Source of the DNA: Ophelia neglecta
Taxonomy: Eukaryota
NCBI GenBank assembly: GCA_965285935.1
Contig: OZ260662.1
Coordinates: forward strand, 122,078,001 to 122,142,000
Length of the DNA stretch: 64,000 nt
Direction of reading: 5' to 3'
The position numbers were made by a program, and so were the translations under genes. The notes beneath the pieces were generated by a model. It ran no database searches. It was not told the origin of the DNA and worked only from the letters and a program-made list of their open reading frames with translations. This document shows, piece after piece, positions 39,326 to 52,515 of this stretch (positions are counted from its first letter, which is position 1; each line of letters opens with the position of its first letter).

Positions 39326-40551
39326 TGATGGGTTATTACTGTACATTGGTATTGGGTGTGACCGAAATTCCCACATCGCCAACATTGGATGGGTCGACGC
39401 TGTCTTGGCGGAGCTGAGGTACCAGGGTGCATGGGTATATCACGGTGAGTTTCATAGTCCGTGGGCTGTCTCGAAGCAGATTCAGGTGGTGTAGCGTAGT
39501 TCGTGGCAGAAGCTGGTGAGAACCCAGCATTAACCGGAGACGAGAACGACAGGCTACTGTAATAATCATTGGGTGCCATCATAACGGAAGGATCACCATA
39601 CCCCGGTAAGTTGTTGTATGAAGGAGCAGGTTGCAGAGGTGAGTGATAAGAGGCAGCATGTGGGTTCAGGTTGGTAGGTTGATTCTAGCGGGATCCATGT
39701 TCCGATTTCGTTAAGAGTGACACCTGTTGCTGTAGGTTTGTAACCTGATGTTTCAAAGCTTGAAGTTCATTGTTGTCAGGCGCCATTACTGATGTCACCT
39801 GGTCATGACTGGTAGTTTTGGTGCTTGACTTCCCTGTCTCAGTTTCAAGTTGACGAATAGCTATCCTCAAGTCATCAAAGTCCTTAATGGCATCGAATTT
39901 GAACCGTGATTTTTCTTTCAAAGCAGGCCGAAGCCCTGACCAGAATTTGCTTCTCAGCATCTCTTCTTGGGTGGTCTCACCAAGTGATGCTTTGTCTTTT
40001 GCCTGTAGGAGCAGGTCCTCTAGCCTACCACTCCACTACACAACGTTCTCGCCATCTTTCTGCTTGGCTTGATAAAAGTCTGACAATATTTCTTCACTGG
40101 ACTCGACAGAGCCATATAAATTGTCAAGGCGAGACAACAAGTCCTTGGTCAAGGCTTTATCACCCAATCTCATCGCAACACGAGCAGGACCACCTTTAAG
40201 TGACTTCCTTACTTGATGATTGAGAATAGCTTCAGTTAAAGTTCCACTTTTCATGAGACAGCTTACTTCATAACGCCATAAGTCATAAGTTGTGTCTTTT
40301 CCCATCTCGCCAGAAAATGTACTGATCTTAGGAGGTAAGGTCATCCGGGACGTGACTTGAGCTGTGGCCTCTAAATCCATCTTCTGTTCTTGCCCAAGCT
40401 CTACTTTGGTGGGAGATGGTTGACGAGATGAGGCAAATTCTAACATAAGTTTGGCCAAGTCATCAGGAGAGTCTCCCTTCGGTCTAAGTCCAAGTGCTGC
40501 AAAGGCTCTGCCAAAACCTTCTAAGTCCTCCTGGCTGAAAGGTCCTGACAT
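39283..40551 (-). pseudogene. gag: E2 gag, two in-frame stops
   Basis: Stops at 40036 and 39685, same as E1. Confidence 0.92.
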
Positions 40552-40580
40552 GGTAAAAAAATCCTCACTGGGGGCTCCAA

Positions 40581-40785
40581 TGTAACCAAGGGGGGGAAGT
40601 GAGTCGAAGTGACACGTCCACTTAGGGACATAAAGTTTTATTCACTCTCTGTAGCTTACAACCCGCCTGTATTGTAAACACCTAACAAAGACACTAGCCA
40701 GCATAAATTAAATTACCTAATGTCAACATTAGCACACAGAGAATATTATAATGTAGGGAAAACAGGTAGATATGACACTGTTACA
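40581..40785 (-). repeat. LTR4 (shared; same deletion as LTR3)
   Basis: Same junction and same private variants (cttagggaca, gagaatatt) as LTR3. Confidence 0.93.
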
Positions 40786-40971
40786 TCCTTCACCACTTAG
40801 TTTAAAGTCAACATGACCTTATAGGGCAAACTGACATTACGCCCTACCAACAAGACAACAACTACACATAAAGTACTGAACCTAACTAGACATATAATTT
40901 ACAATGATATACAATATATAAGTACCTACTGCCAGTAACACAGCATAATTTACTATATATAAGTTGAACAC

Positions 40972-43900
40972 TTATATGGAACCATTGTGCCAAGCAAATG
41001 GACTGGTGCCTGTGGATGTGTTTTTTATCTGAATAATGTAATTCAGTAGATAATTACCGTCCCTCAAACGTGCTGGCAACCTGCTGGTCCTTGCAGAGCG
41101 ACGGGGAGGGGGAGGTGTAGGATTTGGGTTTTGGACTGGTACATTACGGGGGGGGGGGGGGGGGTTTCAAGGTCTCGAGGGATATGCCGTGGGGAGGTGG
41201 ATACCTCAGCTAAGGGTGTAGTTTGCACCTCTATGGTAAGCACCTCCGCGTCATCATCTCTTATTGTCTCACTAGCAGGTCCATTCCCAGTACCTTCATC
41301 ATCGGCTTCATGCTCAGTGTCCGTATCATGGAAAGTAGTCTCAGTATGGTGGGCAGGGTCAATATCATGGGTAGCGCTCACTGATTTCGTGGTGGGTTGG
41401 GTTTCAATGGTTGTAAGTAGTATTGGCACTTCTTCCTCATACTCTTCATCAGTGTCTGCGTTACCACTCTCACTTGTCTCCTTCCCTCCGTCAACTTTAG
41501 AAGGCTGAGCACATGGGGTTACATGTTGAGAGGCCTTCTTGGGAGTACCATTGGGGTCTGGTAGGTCTGACACAATTGGTCCAATAGGTAACAGATTATT
41601 TCTGTGCAGAGTACGGACTTTGGTCTTGAGTTGGTCCTCTGGCCGCACTTGTAATACAGGAATGTCCGGGTTCGGTTGTTTGACTACGACATATACTGGT
41701 TCTTCCCAACGGTCGGCGAGTTTGTGTTTGCCTTCAAACACTAATTTCTTAACCAGAACTCGATCGCCCGGCTCAACAACAGCTCCTCTTAATCTGGTGT
41801 CGTAACCCTCTTTTTGCTTCACACGGGCTCTCTCGGCATGTTCATTCGCCAGCTGATATGCCTTTTTCAAATTTTCTTTGAGTTTTTCTACATACTGTCC
41901 ATAGGACTCTGGTTTCTAGTCCAAGCACCACGTCGATTGGGAGTTTTGGGTTCCTTCCGAACATTAGGAAGTAAGGGGAGTATCCTGTACTCTCATGACG
42001 TGTACAGTTATAGGCATGGACTAGCCAGTCGATATGCATTTTCCAGTCTGTCTTCTGTGTAGGGTGGAGTGTACCGAGCATACCAAGGAGGGTCCTGTTC
42101 ATCCTTTCTGTCATGCCGTTGCCTGACGGATGATAGGGTGTGGTACGAGATTTCTCCATTCCCGTCAACTGACATAGCTCATGTAATACCTTGCTTTCAA
42201 AATTCGCACCTTGGTCTGAATGGAGGCGTTTTGGGAAACCGAAGTAGGTGACGAAGTTGTGGAGCAGGGCGTCAGCAGTGATCTTTGCAGTCTGATTTCG
42301 AGTAGGGACCGCTATAGCGTACCTGGTAAAATGGTCTGTGATCACCAAAACGTTGGCGAAACCACCTTTGGAGTTTTCTAGTGACAGGAAGTCCATGGAT
42401 ACCAGTTCCAAGGGCTGTGTGGTTTTAATACTGACTAGTGGGGCGCGCTGGTTGATTGGTGTCTTCCTCCTGATACAGCGATCACATCGTTTGACCCATT
42501 GCTTGATTGACTCGGTCATACCTGGCCAGTAGAATCGTTCTCGAATAAGTTGGAGAGTTCTGTCCTGTCCAGGGTGTCCCATATTGTCGTGCAGAGATTC
42601 CAATGCATGTCTCTGGAGGCTGTGTGGTAGTACAATTTGATATCGTTCTTCTTCGTTGATCTCTGCTCGGCGACATAACACTCCTCGTACCATCACTTAC
42701 CGTGGCTGCTCTCTGACAAAGGGCCTTACTAATTCAGAAGGAATGGGACCACAATACTTACTCTGGACCAATCTAATTACTTCACGGATGGCAAGATCGT
42801 CTTGCTGGGCTCTTCTCAGATGCCTATTTTCTGCTACCGGATCTTCTTCATCTAGTTCGAAGATGGCATTCGTCATGCATATAGTATCCAGCAGTTTCGC
42901 ACTTGGTGTCTGTAGACTACTGCAGATAGTTGCCACTGACTCGACATTGACCTCATTGTGATACTCATTTCCTCTGTGTGGTAGACGGGATAAAATGTCT
43001 GCATCGACATTGTTCACTCCGGGTCGGTATTTGATTGAGAACTTGTAATTTGCTAAGGCAGCGACCCAACGATGACCGGTGGCATCCAGTTTCGCAGTTG
43101 TCAAGATGTAAGTGAGTGGGTTATTATCAGTGTGTACGGTGAACTCGGGTGCGCCATACAAGTACTGACTAAATTTCTCTGTTATAGCCCACTTCAAACA
43201 GAGGAATTCGAGCTTGTGTGCTGGATAATTCTTTTCGGTTCTCTTTAGTCCACGGCTGGCAAACGCAATTGGCTTCAACACCCCTTCATGGTCCTGGTAA
43301 AGGACAGCGCCAAGGCCTTCATTACTGGCGTCAGTGTGAAGATGAAATTTGAGTGTTGTAGATGGGTATGATAATACTGGAGGTGAAGTTAAAGCATCCT
43401 TAAGACTTCGAAAGGATGTCTCTTCCTCCTCTTCCCATTTCCACGGCTTTGGCCGGATTACAATCTTTTTGCCCTTCTTACGCCGTTCTCCACCCTTAAG
43501 ATCATTCAGCGGACGAGCCTTGCTAGCAAAGTTCTTGACAAATGAGCGGTAATAGCCGGCAAACCCTAGGAACTGAGACAACTCTTTCACACAGGTAGGG
43601 GTAGGCCACTCCTTTATCCTAACTACTTTGTCAGGATCAGTCTCTACACCATTGGCAGTCATCACATGTCCAAGAAATTTCACTCGACTCTTGAGAAAGG
43701 AGCACTTCTTCGTTGATAGTTTTAAACCGCACTCCTCAATACGTTGAAATACTTTCCCAATATTGGCTAGATGTTCCTCAAACGTACGACTGAAGATGAT
43801 TATATCATCGAGATAAATCACGCAGATTTTGTGATTCAGGTCCCCGAGCATGTCCTCCATCATGCGCTGATATGTCGCAGGCGCATTTGTCAAGCCAAAC

Positions 43901-45489
43901 GCCATCCTGTTCCACTCAAAGAAGCCGAGGGGTCCAGCAGTGAAGGCTGTGTAAGCCTTGTCATTCTCGTTGATCTTTATCTGATGATAACCTGACTTCA
44001 TATCTAAGACGCTAAAGTACTTTGCCCCATCCAGACAATCGAGTATGTCCTCTAACCGTGGTAGAGCGTAAGAGTCCTGGATTGTCCTTTGGTTCAACTG
44101 ACGGAAGTCAATACACAGGCGTAGGTCACCATTTTTTCGACGAGCGATCACCATGTTTGATGCCCACGGACTTCGAGAGTGGCGTATCAATCCAGTGTTG
44201 AGTAAGTTTTGCAGATGATCCCTAACTTCATCGTAACATGCGGGAGGGATACGGCGGTATGGCTGCTTGAATGGTTGCTGGTTGTTCAAATTGATATTGA
44301 TATCCGCAGTAGGGTGACATCCTACGTCAGTATCGCTGTGACTGAAGATATGTGTCCATGACTTCAAAAGTTCTTTCATCTCATTGAATTCAGCTTCGGT
44401 GCAGGCTGTATCGTCTTGATCGAAGTCTAACTTGAGACCAGGTGGTAAGTCTACACTCGGGTGATCATTTGAAGATTGGTCAGGTGAAGTGCCAGGTAAG
44501 TCGACGGGCGGTAGTATAGTCACGGGTTGTAGCTCGCAAAGGATGGCTCTTGGGGGGATGACTAAAGTCTGCAGCGAGTGATTGGTGATGCGGACTGGGA
44601 TGGGCAACTGGTGATCATGTGAGAAGTTGATCACCCCGGGGGCGATCTCTGCAGCATCAGGTAAGATCGACTTGGATGTCGACTGTAACATAGCCGTACA
44701 TTGCCGGTATGGTATGTTGTCAGTAGTATAACCCTGGACAGTCATGGTCTTATTGGGAGGTACTACTATGGATTGGTCTTCACTACTCTTGACAATGGCT
44801 AACCGGCCGGCACGGTTGACTTTGCGTTCCTGTATCGACATACATCGGAAGGCTAGATACCACGGGTTAGTAAGTGGGGCTCTTTGGAGGTATCTTTCAC
44901 CATATGTCTCAAGAGTGTCCGCTTGGACAGCTCGGAGAAAGTTGGTACCTAAATTTATGGGGACATTTGAACTAAAGGGAGTATCACGAGTTACTAACAA
45001 TAAACATGGCTTTTCTAGATTCGGCATAATACTAGGCACCTTCAAAACAACTTCCACTACTCCAATGTAGTCAAGTAATTGGCCACTAGCACTCTCTACT
45101 TCCAATAAGGATTCTAATGATTGCAAAGTTACACCTCTGGGTTCTAATCTCTCTCTAAAAAAGGTTTCACTCACCGTTGAAACACCAGACCCTGTGTCCA
45201 ATAAAGCACTGACACAAACATTAGAGACATGAGGGTAAGTAGTACCTAGCTTTTCATCACCATTCATATTTACATTCAAATTCACAGAGACATCATCATT
45301 TTTCATCTTGTTTTCAGACTCGATATTCAATGCATTAATAGAATCAAATTCACATTTATCTACACTACATTCATCTTCAAAAAATACAATTTCAATATTA
45401 GATATGTTGGTGTCACCGACGAGTTGTGGGGGCTGCCTCTCCTGACCTATCGACGTGCCCCGGTAGAAGTAGGTCCGCTCTGGTTTAAA
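40972..45489 (-). pseudogene. pol: E3 pol, disrupted
   Basis: 950-aa PR-RT-RH ORF to the stop at 42697; IN frameshift ~41920; poly-G frameshift ~41155. Confidence 0.93.
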
Positions 45490-46715
45490 TGATGGGTTAT
45501 TACTGTACATTGGTATTGGGTGTGACCGAAATTCCCACATCGCCAACATTGGATGGGTCGACGCTGTCTTGGCGGAGCTGAGGTACCAGGGTGCATGGGT
45601 ATATCACGGTGAGTTCCATAGTCCGTGGGCTGTCTCGAAGCAGATTCAGGTGGTGTAGCGTTGTTCGTGGCAGAAGCTGGTGAGAACCCAGCATTAACCG
45701 GAGACGAGAACGACAGGCTACTGTAATAATCATTGGGTGCCATCATAACGGAAGGATCACCATACCCCGGTAAGTTGTTGTATGAAGGAGCAGGTTGCAG
45801 AGGTGAGTGATAAGAGGCAGCATGTGGGTTCAGGTTGGTAGGTTGATTCTAGCGGGATCCATGTTCCGATTTCGTTAAGCGTGACACCTGTTGCTGTAGG
45901 TTTGTAACCTGATGTTTCAAAGCTTAAAGTTCATTGTTGTCAGGCGCCATTACTGATGTCACCTGGGCATGACTGGTAGTTTTGGTGCTTGACTTCCCTG
46001 TCTCAGTTTCAAGTTGACGAATAGCTATCCTCAAGTCATCAAAGTCCTTAATGGCATCGAATTTGAACCGTGATTTTTCTTTCAAAGCAGGCCGAAGCCC
46101 TGACCAGAATTTGCTTCTCAGCATCTCTTCTTGGGTGGTCTCACCAAGTGATGCTTTGTCTTTTGCCTGTAGGAGCAGGTCCTCTAGCCTACCACTCCAC
46201 TGCACAACGTTCTCGCCATCTTTCTGCTTGGCTTGATAAAAGTCTGACAATATTTCTTCACTGGACTCGACAGAGCCATATAAATTGTCAAGGCGAGACA
46301 ACAAGTCCTTGGTCAAGGCTTTATCACCCAATCTCATCGCAACACGAGCAGGACCACCTTTAAGTGACTTCCTTACTTGATGATTGAGAATAGCTTCAGT
46401 TAAAGTTCCACTTTTCATGAGACAGCTTACTTCATAACGCCATAAGTCATAAGTTGTGTCTTTTCCCATCTCGCCAGAAAATGTACTGATCTTAGGAGGT
46501 AAGGTCATCCGGGACGTGACTTGAGCTGTGGCCTCTAAATCCATCTTCTGTTCTTGCCCAGGCTCTACTTTGGTGGGAGATGGTTGACGAGATGAGGCAA
46601 ATTCTAACATAAGTTTGGCCAAGTCATCAGGAGAGTCTCCCTTCGGTCTAAGTCCAAGTGCTGCAAAGGCTCTGCCAAAACCTTCTAAGTCCTCCTGCCT
46701 GAAAGGTCCTGACAT
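45447..46715 (-). pseudogene. gag: E3 gag, two in-frame stops
   Basis: TAA at 45924 and TAG at 45849. Confidence 0.92.
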
Positions 46716-46744
46716 GGTAAAAAAATCCTCACTGGGGGCTCCAA

Positions 46745-47811
46745 TGTAACCAAGGGGGGGAAGTGAGTCGAAGTGACACGTCCACTTAGGTACATAAAGT
46801 TTTATTCACTCTCTGTAGCTTACAACCCGCCTGTATTGTAAACACCTGTAACAATTAAAACACTTTGATAAGCTACAAGCAACAATTCAGATGCAACTTT
46901 AGAATTGTACATTTGATACTTTGATACTAAAACATATATACACCTTTACCGTTTGATAATATAGGATAGATACAACATATTTTATGATATTCAACTTTCA
47001 TACCTAATACCGGCATACAATTCTATAACACACTAATTTAATAGTGCGCACCCTAATCAAAACCATCACATTTCATAATCACAAATACGAGTGTATACCT
47101 TGGGTAAAGGTGCTGACTTGCCAATTGACAATTGGCCCAGGCTTAAAGGATGAATACAAACTTCAACAGGACATAAACCTAGAATGCACAAGAAGACCAA
47201 TCTAAATTAAGTGTGCAAGCAGAATGAGTGACAATCGGGACATTATTTATCTAACTATTTATCTAAAAGCAACACAGCATATTGCCCACCTGGTAAGTAT
47301 AGTAATTTACAGCTAGGGCTACACAAGAACTAGATTTCCCCAACAAACACAATAGGCAGTACAGCATATTGGTCACAAAGTAAGAACAAGTACATTATAT
47401 AAATAGCTTGGGCTGATTGAGGTAGAAATTATATTGACAAACCTATTTATGAAAGTCCTAAACACAATATAAACATCTGAACAGGTCCTCTCGTAGCAAA
47501 CTCCCTAGGCCAACTGTGCAGGATCAATGCAAAGTTTTCCCTCCAAAATGTTGAGACAAAGGGTGGGAGCCAGTATTATAATTGGCTACCACGCACACAT
47601 AATTAGGTGAAACCTGGGTCAGAAGTCAAACTCTGACATACAAATTGAGAGGTCACCAAGGTTGGCCCCAGTTATATGCATCAGTGAACCCAGCTGATTT
47701 CAGGACAATAACAAAGTCACTAGCCAGCATAAATTAAATTACCTAATGTCAACATTAGCACACAGAGCATATTATAATGCAGGGAAAACAGGTAGATATG
47801 ACACTGTTACA
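46745..47811 (-). repeat. LTR5 (shared, full)
   Basis: 1067 bp, between the PBS of E3 and the PPT of E4. Confidence 0.93.
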
Positions 47812-47998
47812 TCCTTCCTTACTTAGTTTAAATGTCAACATGACCTTATAGGGCAAACTGACATTACGCCCTACCAACAAGACAACAACTACACATAAAG
47901 TACTGAACCTAACTAGACATATAATTTACAATGATATACAATATATAAGTACCTACTGCCAGTAACACAGCATAATTTACTATATATAAGTTGAACAC

Positions 47999-50900
47999 TT
48001 ATATGGAACCATTGTGCCAAGCAAATGGACTGGTGCCTGTGGATGTGTTTTTTATCTGAATAATGTAATTCAGTAGATAATTACCGTCCCTCAAACGTGC
48101 TGGCAACCTGCTGGTCCTTGCAGAGCGACGGGGAGGGGGAGGTGTAGGATTTGGGTTTTGGACTGGTACATTACGGGGGGGGGGGGGGGGTTTCAAGGTC
48201 TCGAGGGATATGCCGTGGGGAGGTGGATACCTCAGCTAAGGGTGTAGTTTGCACCTCTATGGTAAGCACCTCCGCGTCATCATCTCTTATTGTCTCACTA
48301 GCAGGTCCATTCCCAGTACCTTCATCATCGGCTTTATGCTCAGTGTCTGTATCATGGAAAGTAGTCTCAGTATGGTGGGCAGGGTCAATATCATGGGTAG
48401 CGCTCACTGATTTCGTGGTGGGTTGGGTTTCAATGGTTGTAAGTAGTATTGGCACTTCTTCCTCATACTCTTCATCAGTGTCTGCGTTACCACTCTCACT
48501 TGTCTCCTTCCCTCCGTCAACTTTAGAAGGCTGAGCACATGGGGTTACATGTTGAGAGGCCTTCTTGGGAGTACCATTGGGGTCTGGTAGGTCTGACACA
48601 ATTGGTCCAATAGGTAACAGATTATTTCTGTGCAGAGTACGGACTTTGGTCTTGAGTTGGTCCTCTGGCCGCACTTGTAATACAGGAATGTCCGGGTTCG
48701 GTTGTTTGACTACGACATATACTGGTTCTTCCCAACGGTCGGCGAGTTTGTGTTTGCCTTCAAACACTAATTTCTTAACCAGAACTCGATCGCCCGGCTC
48801 AACAACAGCTCCTCTTAATCTGGTGTCGTAACCCTCTTTTTGCTTCACACGGGCTCTCTCGGCATGTTCATTCGCCAGCTAATATGCCTTTTTCAAATTT
48901 TCTTTGAGTTTTTCTACATACTGTCCATAGGACTCTGGTTTCTAGTCCAAGCACCACGTCGATTGGGAGTTTTGGGTTCCTTCCGAACATTAGGAAGTAA
49001 GGGGAGTATCCTGTACTCTCATGACGTGTACAGTTATAGGCATGGACTAGCCAGTCGATATGCATTTTCCAGACTGTCTTCTGTGTAGGGTGGAGTGTAC
49101 CGAGCATACCAAGGAGGGTCCTGTTCATCCTTTCTGTCATGCCGTTGCCTGACGGATGATAGGGTGTGGTACGAGATTTCTCCATTCCCGTCAACTGACA
49201 TAGCTCATGTAATACCTTGCTTTCAAAATTCGCACCTTGGTCTGAATGGAGGCGTTTTGGGAAACCGAAGTAGGTGACGAAGTTGTGGAGCAGGGCGTCA
49301 GCAGTGATCTTTGCAGTCTGATTTCGAGTAGGGACCGCTATAGCGTACCTGGTAAAATGGTCTGTGATCACCAAAACGTTGGCGAAACCACCTTTGGAGT
49401 TTTCTAGTGACAGGAAGTCCATGGATACCAGTTCCAAGGGCTGTGTGGTTTTAATACTGACTAGTGGGGCGTGCTGGTTGATTGGTGTCTTCCTCCTGAT
49501 ACAGCGATCACATCGTTTGACCCATTGCTTGATTGACTCGGTCATACCTGGCCAGTAGAATCGTTCTCGAATAAGTTGGAGAGTTCTGTCCTGTCCAGGG
49601 TGTCCCATATTGTCGTGCAGAGATTCCAATGCATGTCTCTGGAGGCTGTGTGGTAGTACAATTTGATATCGTTCTTCTTCGTTGATCTCTGCTCGGCGAC
49701 ATAACACTCCTCTTACCATCACTAACCGTGGCTGCTCTCTGACAAAGGGCCTTACTAATTCAGAAGGTATGGGACCACAATACTTGCTCTGGACCAATCT
49801 AATTACTTCACGGATGGCAAGATCGTCTTGCTGGGCTCTTCTCAGATGCCTATTTTCTCCTACCGGATCTTCTTCATCTAGTTCGAAGATGGCATTCGTC
49901 ATGCATATAGTATCCAGCAGTTTCGCACTTGGTGTCTGTAGACTACTGCAGATAGTTGCCACTGACTCGACATTGACCTCATTGTGATACTCATTTCCTC
50001 TGTGTGGTAGACGGGATAAAATGTCTGCATCGACATTGTTCACTCCGGGTCGGTATTTGATTGAGAACTTGTAATTTGCTAAGGCAGCGACCCAACGATG
50101 ACCGGTGGCATCCAGTTTCGCAGTTGTCAAGATGTAAGTGAGTGGGTTATTATCAGTGTGTACGGTGAACTCGGGTGCGCCATACAAGTACTGACTAAAT
50201 TTCTCTGTTATAGCCCACTTCAAACAGAGGAATTCGAGCTTGTGTGCTGGATAATTCTTTTCGGTTCTCTTTAGTCCACGGCTGGCAAACGCAATTGGCT
50301 TCAACACCCCTTCATGGTCCTGGTAAAGGACAGCGCCAAGGCCTTCATTGCTGGCGTCAGTGTGGAGATGAAATTTGAGTGTTGTAGATGGGTATGATAA
50401 TACTGGAGGTGAAGTTACAGCATCCTTAAGGCTTCGAAAGGATGTCTCTTCCTCCTCTTCCCATTTCCACGGCTTTGGCCGGATTACAATCTTTTTGCCC
50501 TTCTTACGCCGTTCTCCACCCTTAAGATCATTCAGCGGACGAGCCTTGCTAGCAAAGTTCTTGACAAATGAGCGGTAATAGCCGGCAAACCCTAGGAACT
50601 GAGACAACTCTTTCACACAGGTAGGGGTAGGCCACTCCTTTATCCTAACTACTTTGTCAGGATCAGTCTCTACACCATTGGCAGTCATCACATGTCCAAG
50701 AAATTTCACTCGACTCTTGAGAAAGGAGCACTTCTTCGTTGATAGTTTTAAACCGCACTCCTCAATACGTTGAAATACTTTCCCAATATTGGCTAGATGT
50801 TCCTCAAACGTACGACTGAAGATGATTATATCATCGAGATAAATCACGCAGATTTTGTGATTCAGGTCCCCGAGCATGTCCTCCATCATGCGCTGATATG

Positions 50901-52515
50901 TCGCAGGCGCATTTGTCAAGCCAAACGCCATCCTGTTCCACTCAAAGAAGCCGAGGGGTCCAGCAGTGAAGGCTGTGTAAGCCTTGTCATTCTCGTTGAT
51001 CTTTATCTGATGATAACCTGACTTCATATCTAAGACGCTAAAGTACTTTGCCCCATCCAGACAATCGAGTATGTCATCTAACCGTGGTAGAGCGTAAGAG
51101 TCCTGGATTGTCCTTTGGTTCAACTGACGGAAGTCAATACACAGGCGCAGGTCACCATTTTTTCGACGAGCGATCACCATGTTTGATGCCCACGGACTTC
51201 GAGAGTGGCGTATCAATCCAGTGTTGAGTAAGTTTTGCAGATGATCCCTAACTTCATCGTAACATGCGGGAGGGATACGGCGGTATGGCTGCTTGAATGG
51301 TTGCTGGTTGTTCAAATTGATATTGATCTCCGCAGTAGGGTGACATCCTACGTCAGTATCGCTGTGACTGAAGATATGTGTCCATGACTTCAAAAGTTCT
51401 TTCATCTCATTGAATTCAGCTTCGGTGCAGGCTGTATCGTCTTGATCGAAGTCTAACTTGAGACCAGGTGGTAAGTCTACACTCGGGTGATCATTTGAAG
51501 ATTGGTCAGGTGAAGTGCCAGGTAAGTCGACGGGCGGTAGTATAGTCACGGGTTGTAGCTCGCAAAGGATGGCTCTTGGGGGGATGACTAAAGTCTGCAG
51601 CGAGTGATTGGTGATGCGGACTGGGATGGGCAACTGGTGATCAGGTGAGAAGTTGATCACCCCGGGGGCGATCTCTGCAGCATCAGGTAAGATCGACTTG
51701 GATGTCGACTGTAACATAGCCGTACATTGCCGGTATGGTATGTTGTCAGTAGTATAACCCTGGACAGTCATGGTCTTATTGGGAGGTACTACTATGGATT
51801 GGTCTTCACTACTCTTGACAATGGCTAACCGGCCGGCACGGTTGACTTTGCGTTCCTGTATCGACATACATCGGAAGGCTAGATACCACGGGTTAGTAAG
51901 TGGGGCTCTTTGGAGGTATCTTTCACCATATGTCTCAAGAGTGTCCGCTTGGACAGCTCGGAGAAAGTTGGTACCTAAATTTATGGGGACATTTGACCTA
52001 AAGGGAGTATCACGAGTTACTAACAATAAACATGGCTTTTCTAGATTCGGCATAATACTAGGCACCTTCAAAACAACTTCCACTACTCCAATGTAGTCAA
52101 GTAATTGACCACTAGCACTCTCTACTTCCAATAAGGATTCTAATGATTGCAAAGTTACACCTCTGGGTTCTAATCTCTCTCTAAAAAAGGTTTCACTCAC
52201 CGTTGAAACACCAGACCCTGTGTCCAATAAAGCACTGACACAAACATTAGAGACATGAGGGTAAGTAGTACCTAGCTTTTCATCACCATTCATATTTACA
52301 TTCAAATTCACAGAGACATCATCATTTTTCATCTTGTTTTCAGACTCGATATTCAATGCATTAATAGAATCAAATTCACATTTATCTACACTACATTCAT
52401 CTTCAAAAAATACAATTTCAATATTAGATATGTTGGTGTCACCGACGAGTTGTGGGGGCTGCCTCTCCTGACCTATCGACGTGCCCCGGTAGAAGTAGGT
52501 CCGCTCTGGTTTAAA
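47999..52515 (-). pseudogene. pol: E4 pol; most intact copy (PR-RT-RH-IN core open), frameshifted in the IN C-terminus
   Basis: 1235-aa ORF 48868-52575 with DTG, YLDD, RNase H, HHCC and DDE motifs; frame lost after PIDVVLGL. Confidence 0.95.

Noticed and set aside
41148-41164. Poly-G length frameshifts in the pol tail (also ~48175, ~55202) as regulated phase variation
   Set aside because: Long homopolymers are prone to slippage and sequencing error, and lie downstream of other inactivating lesions.
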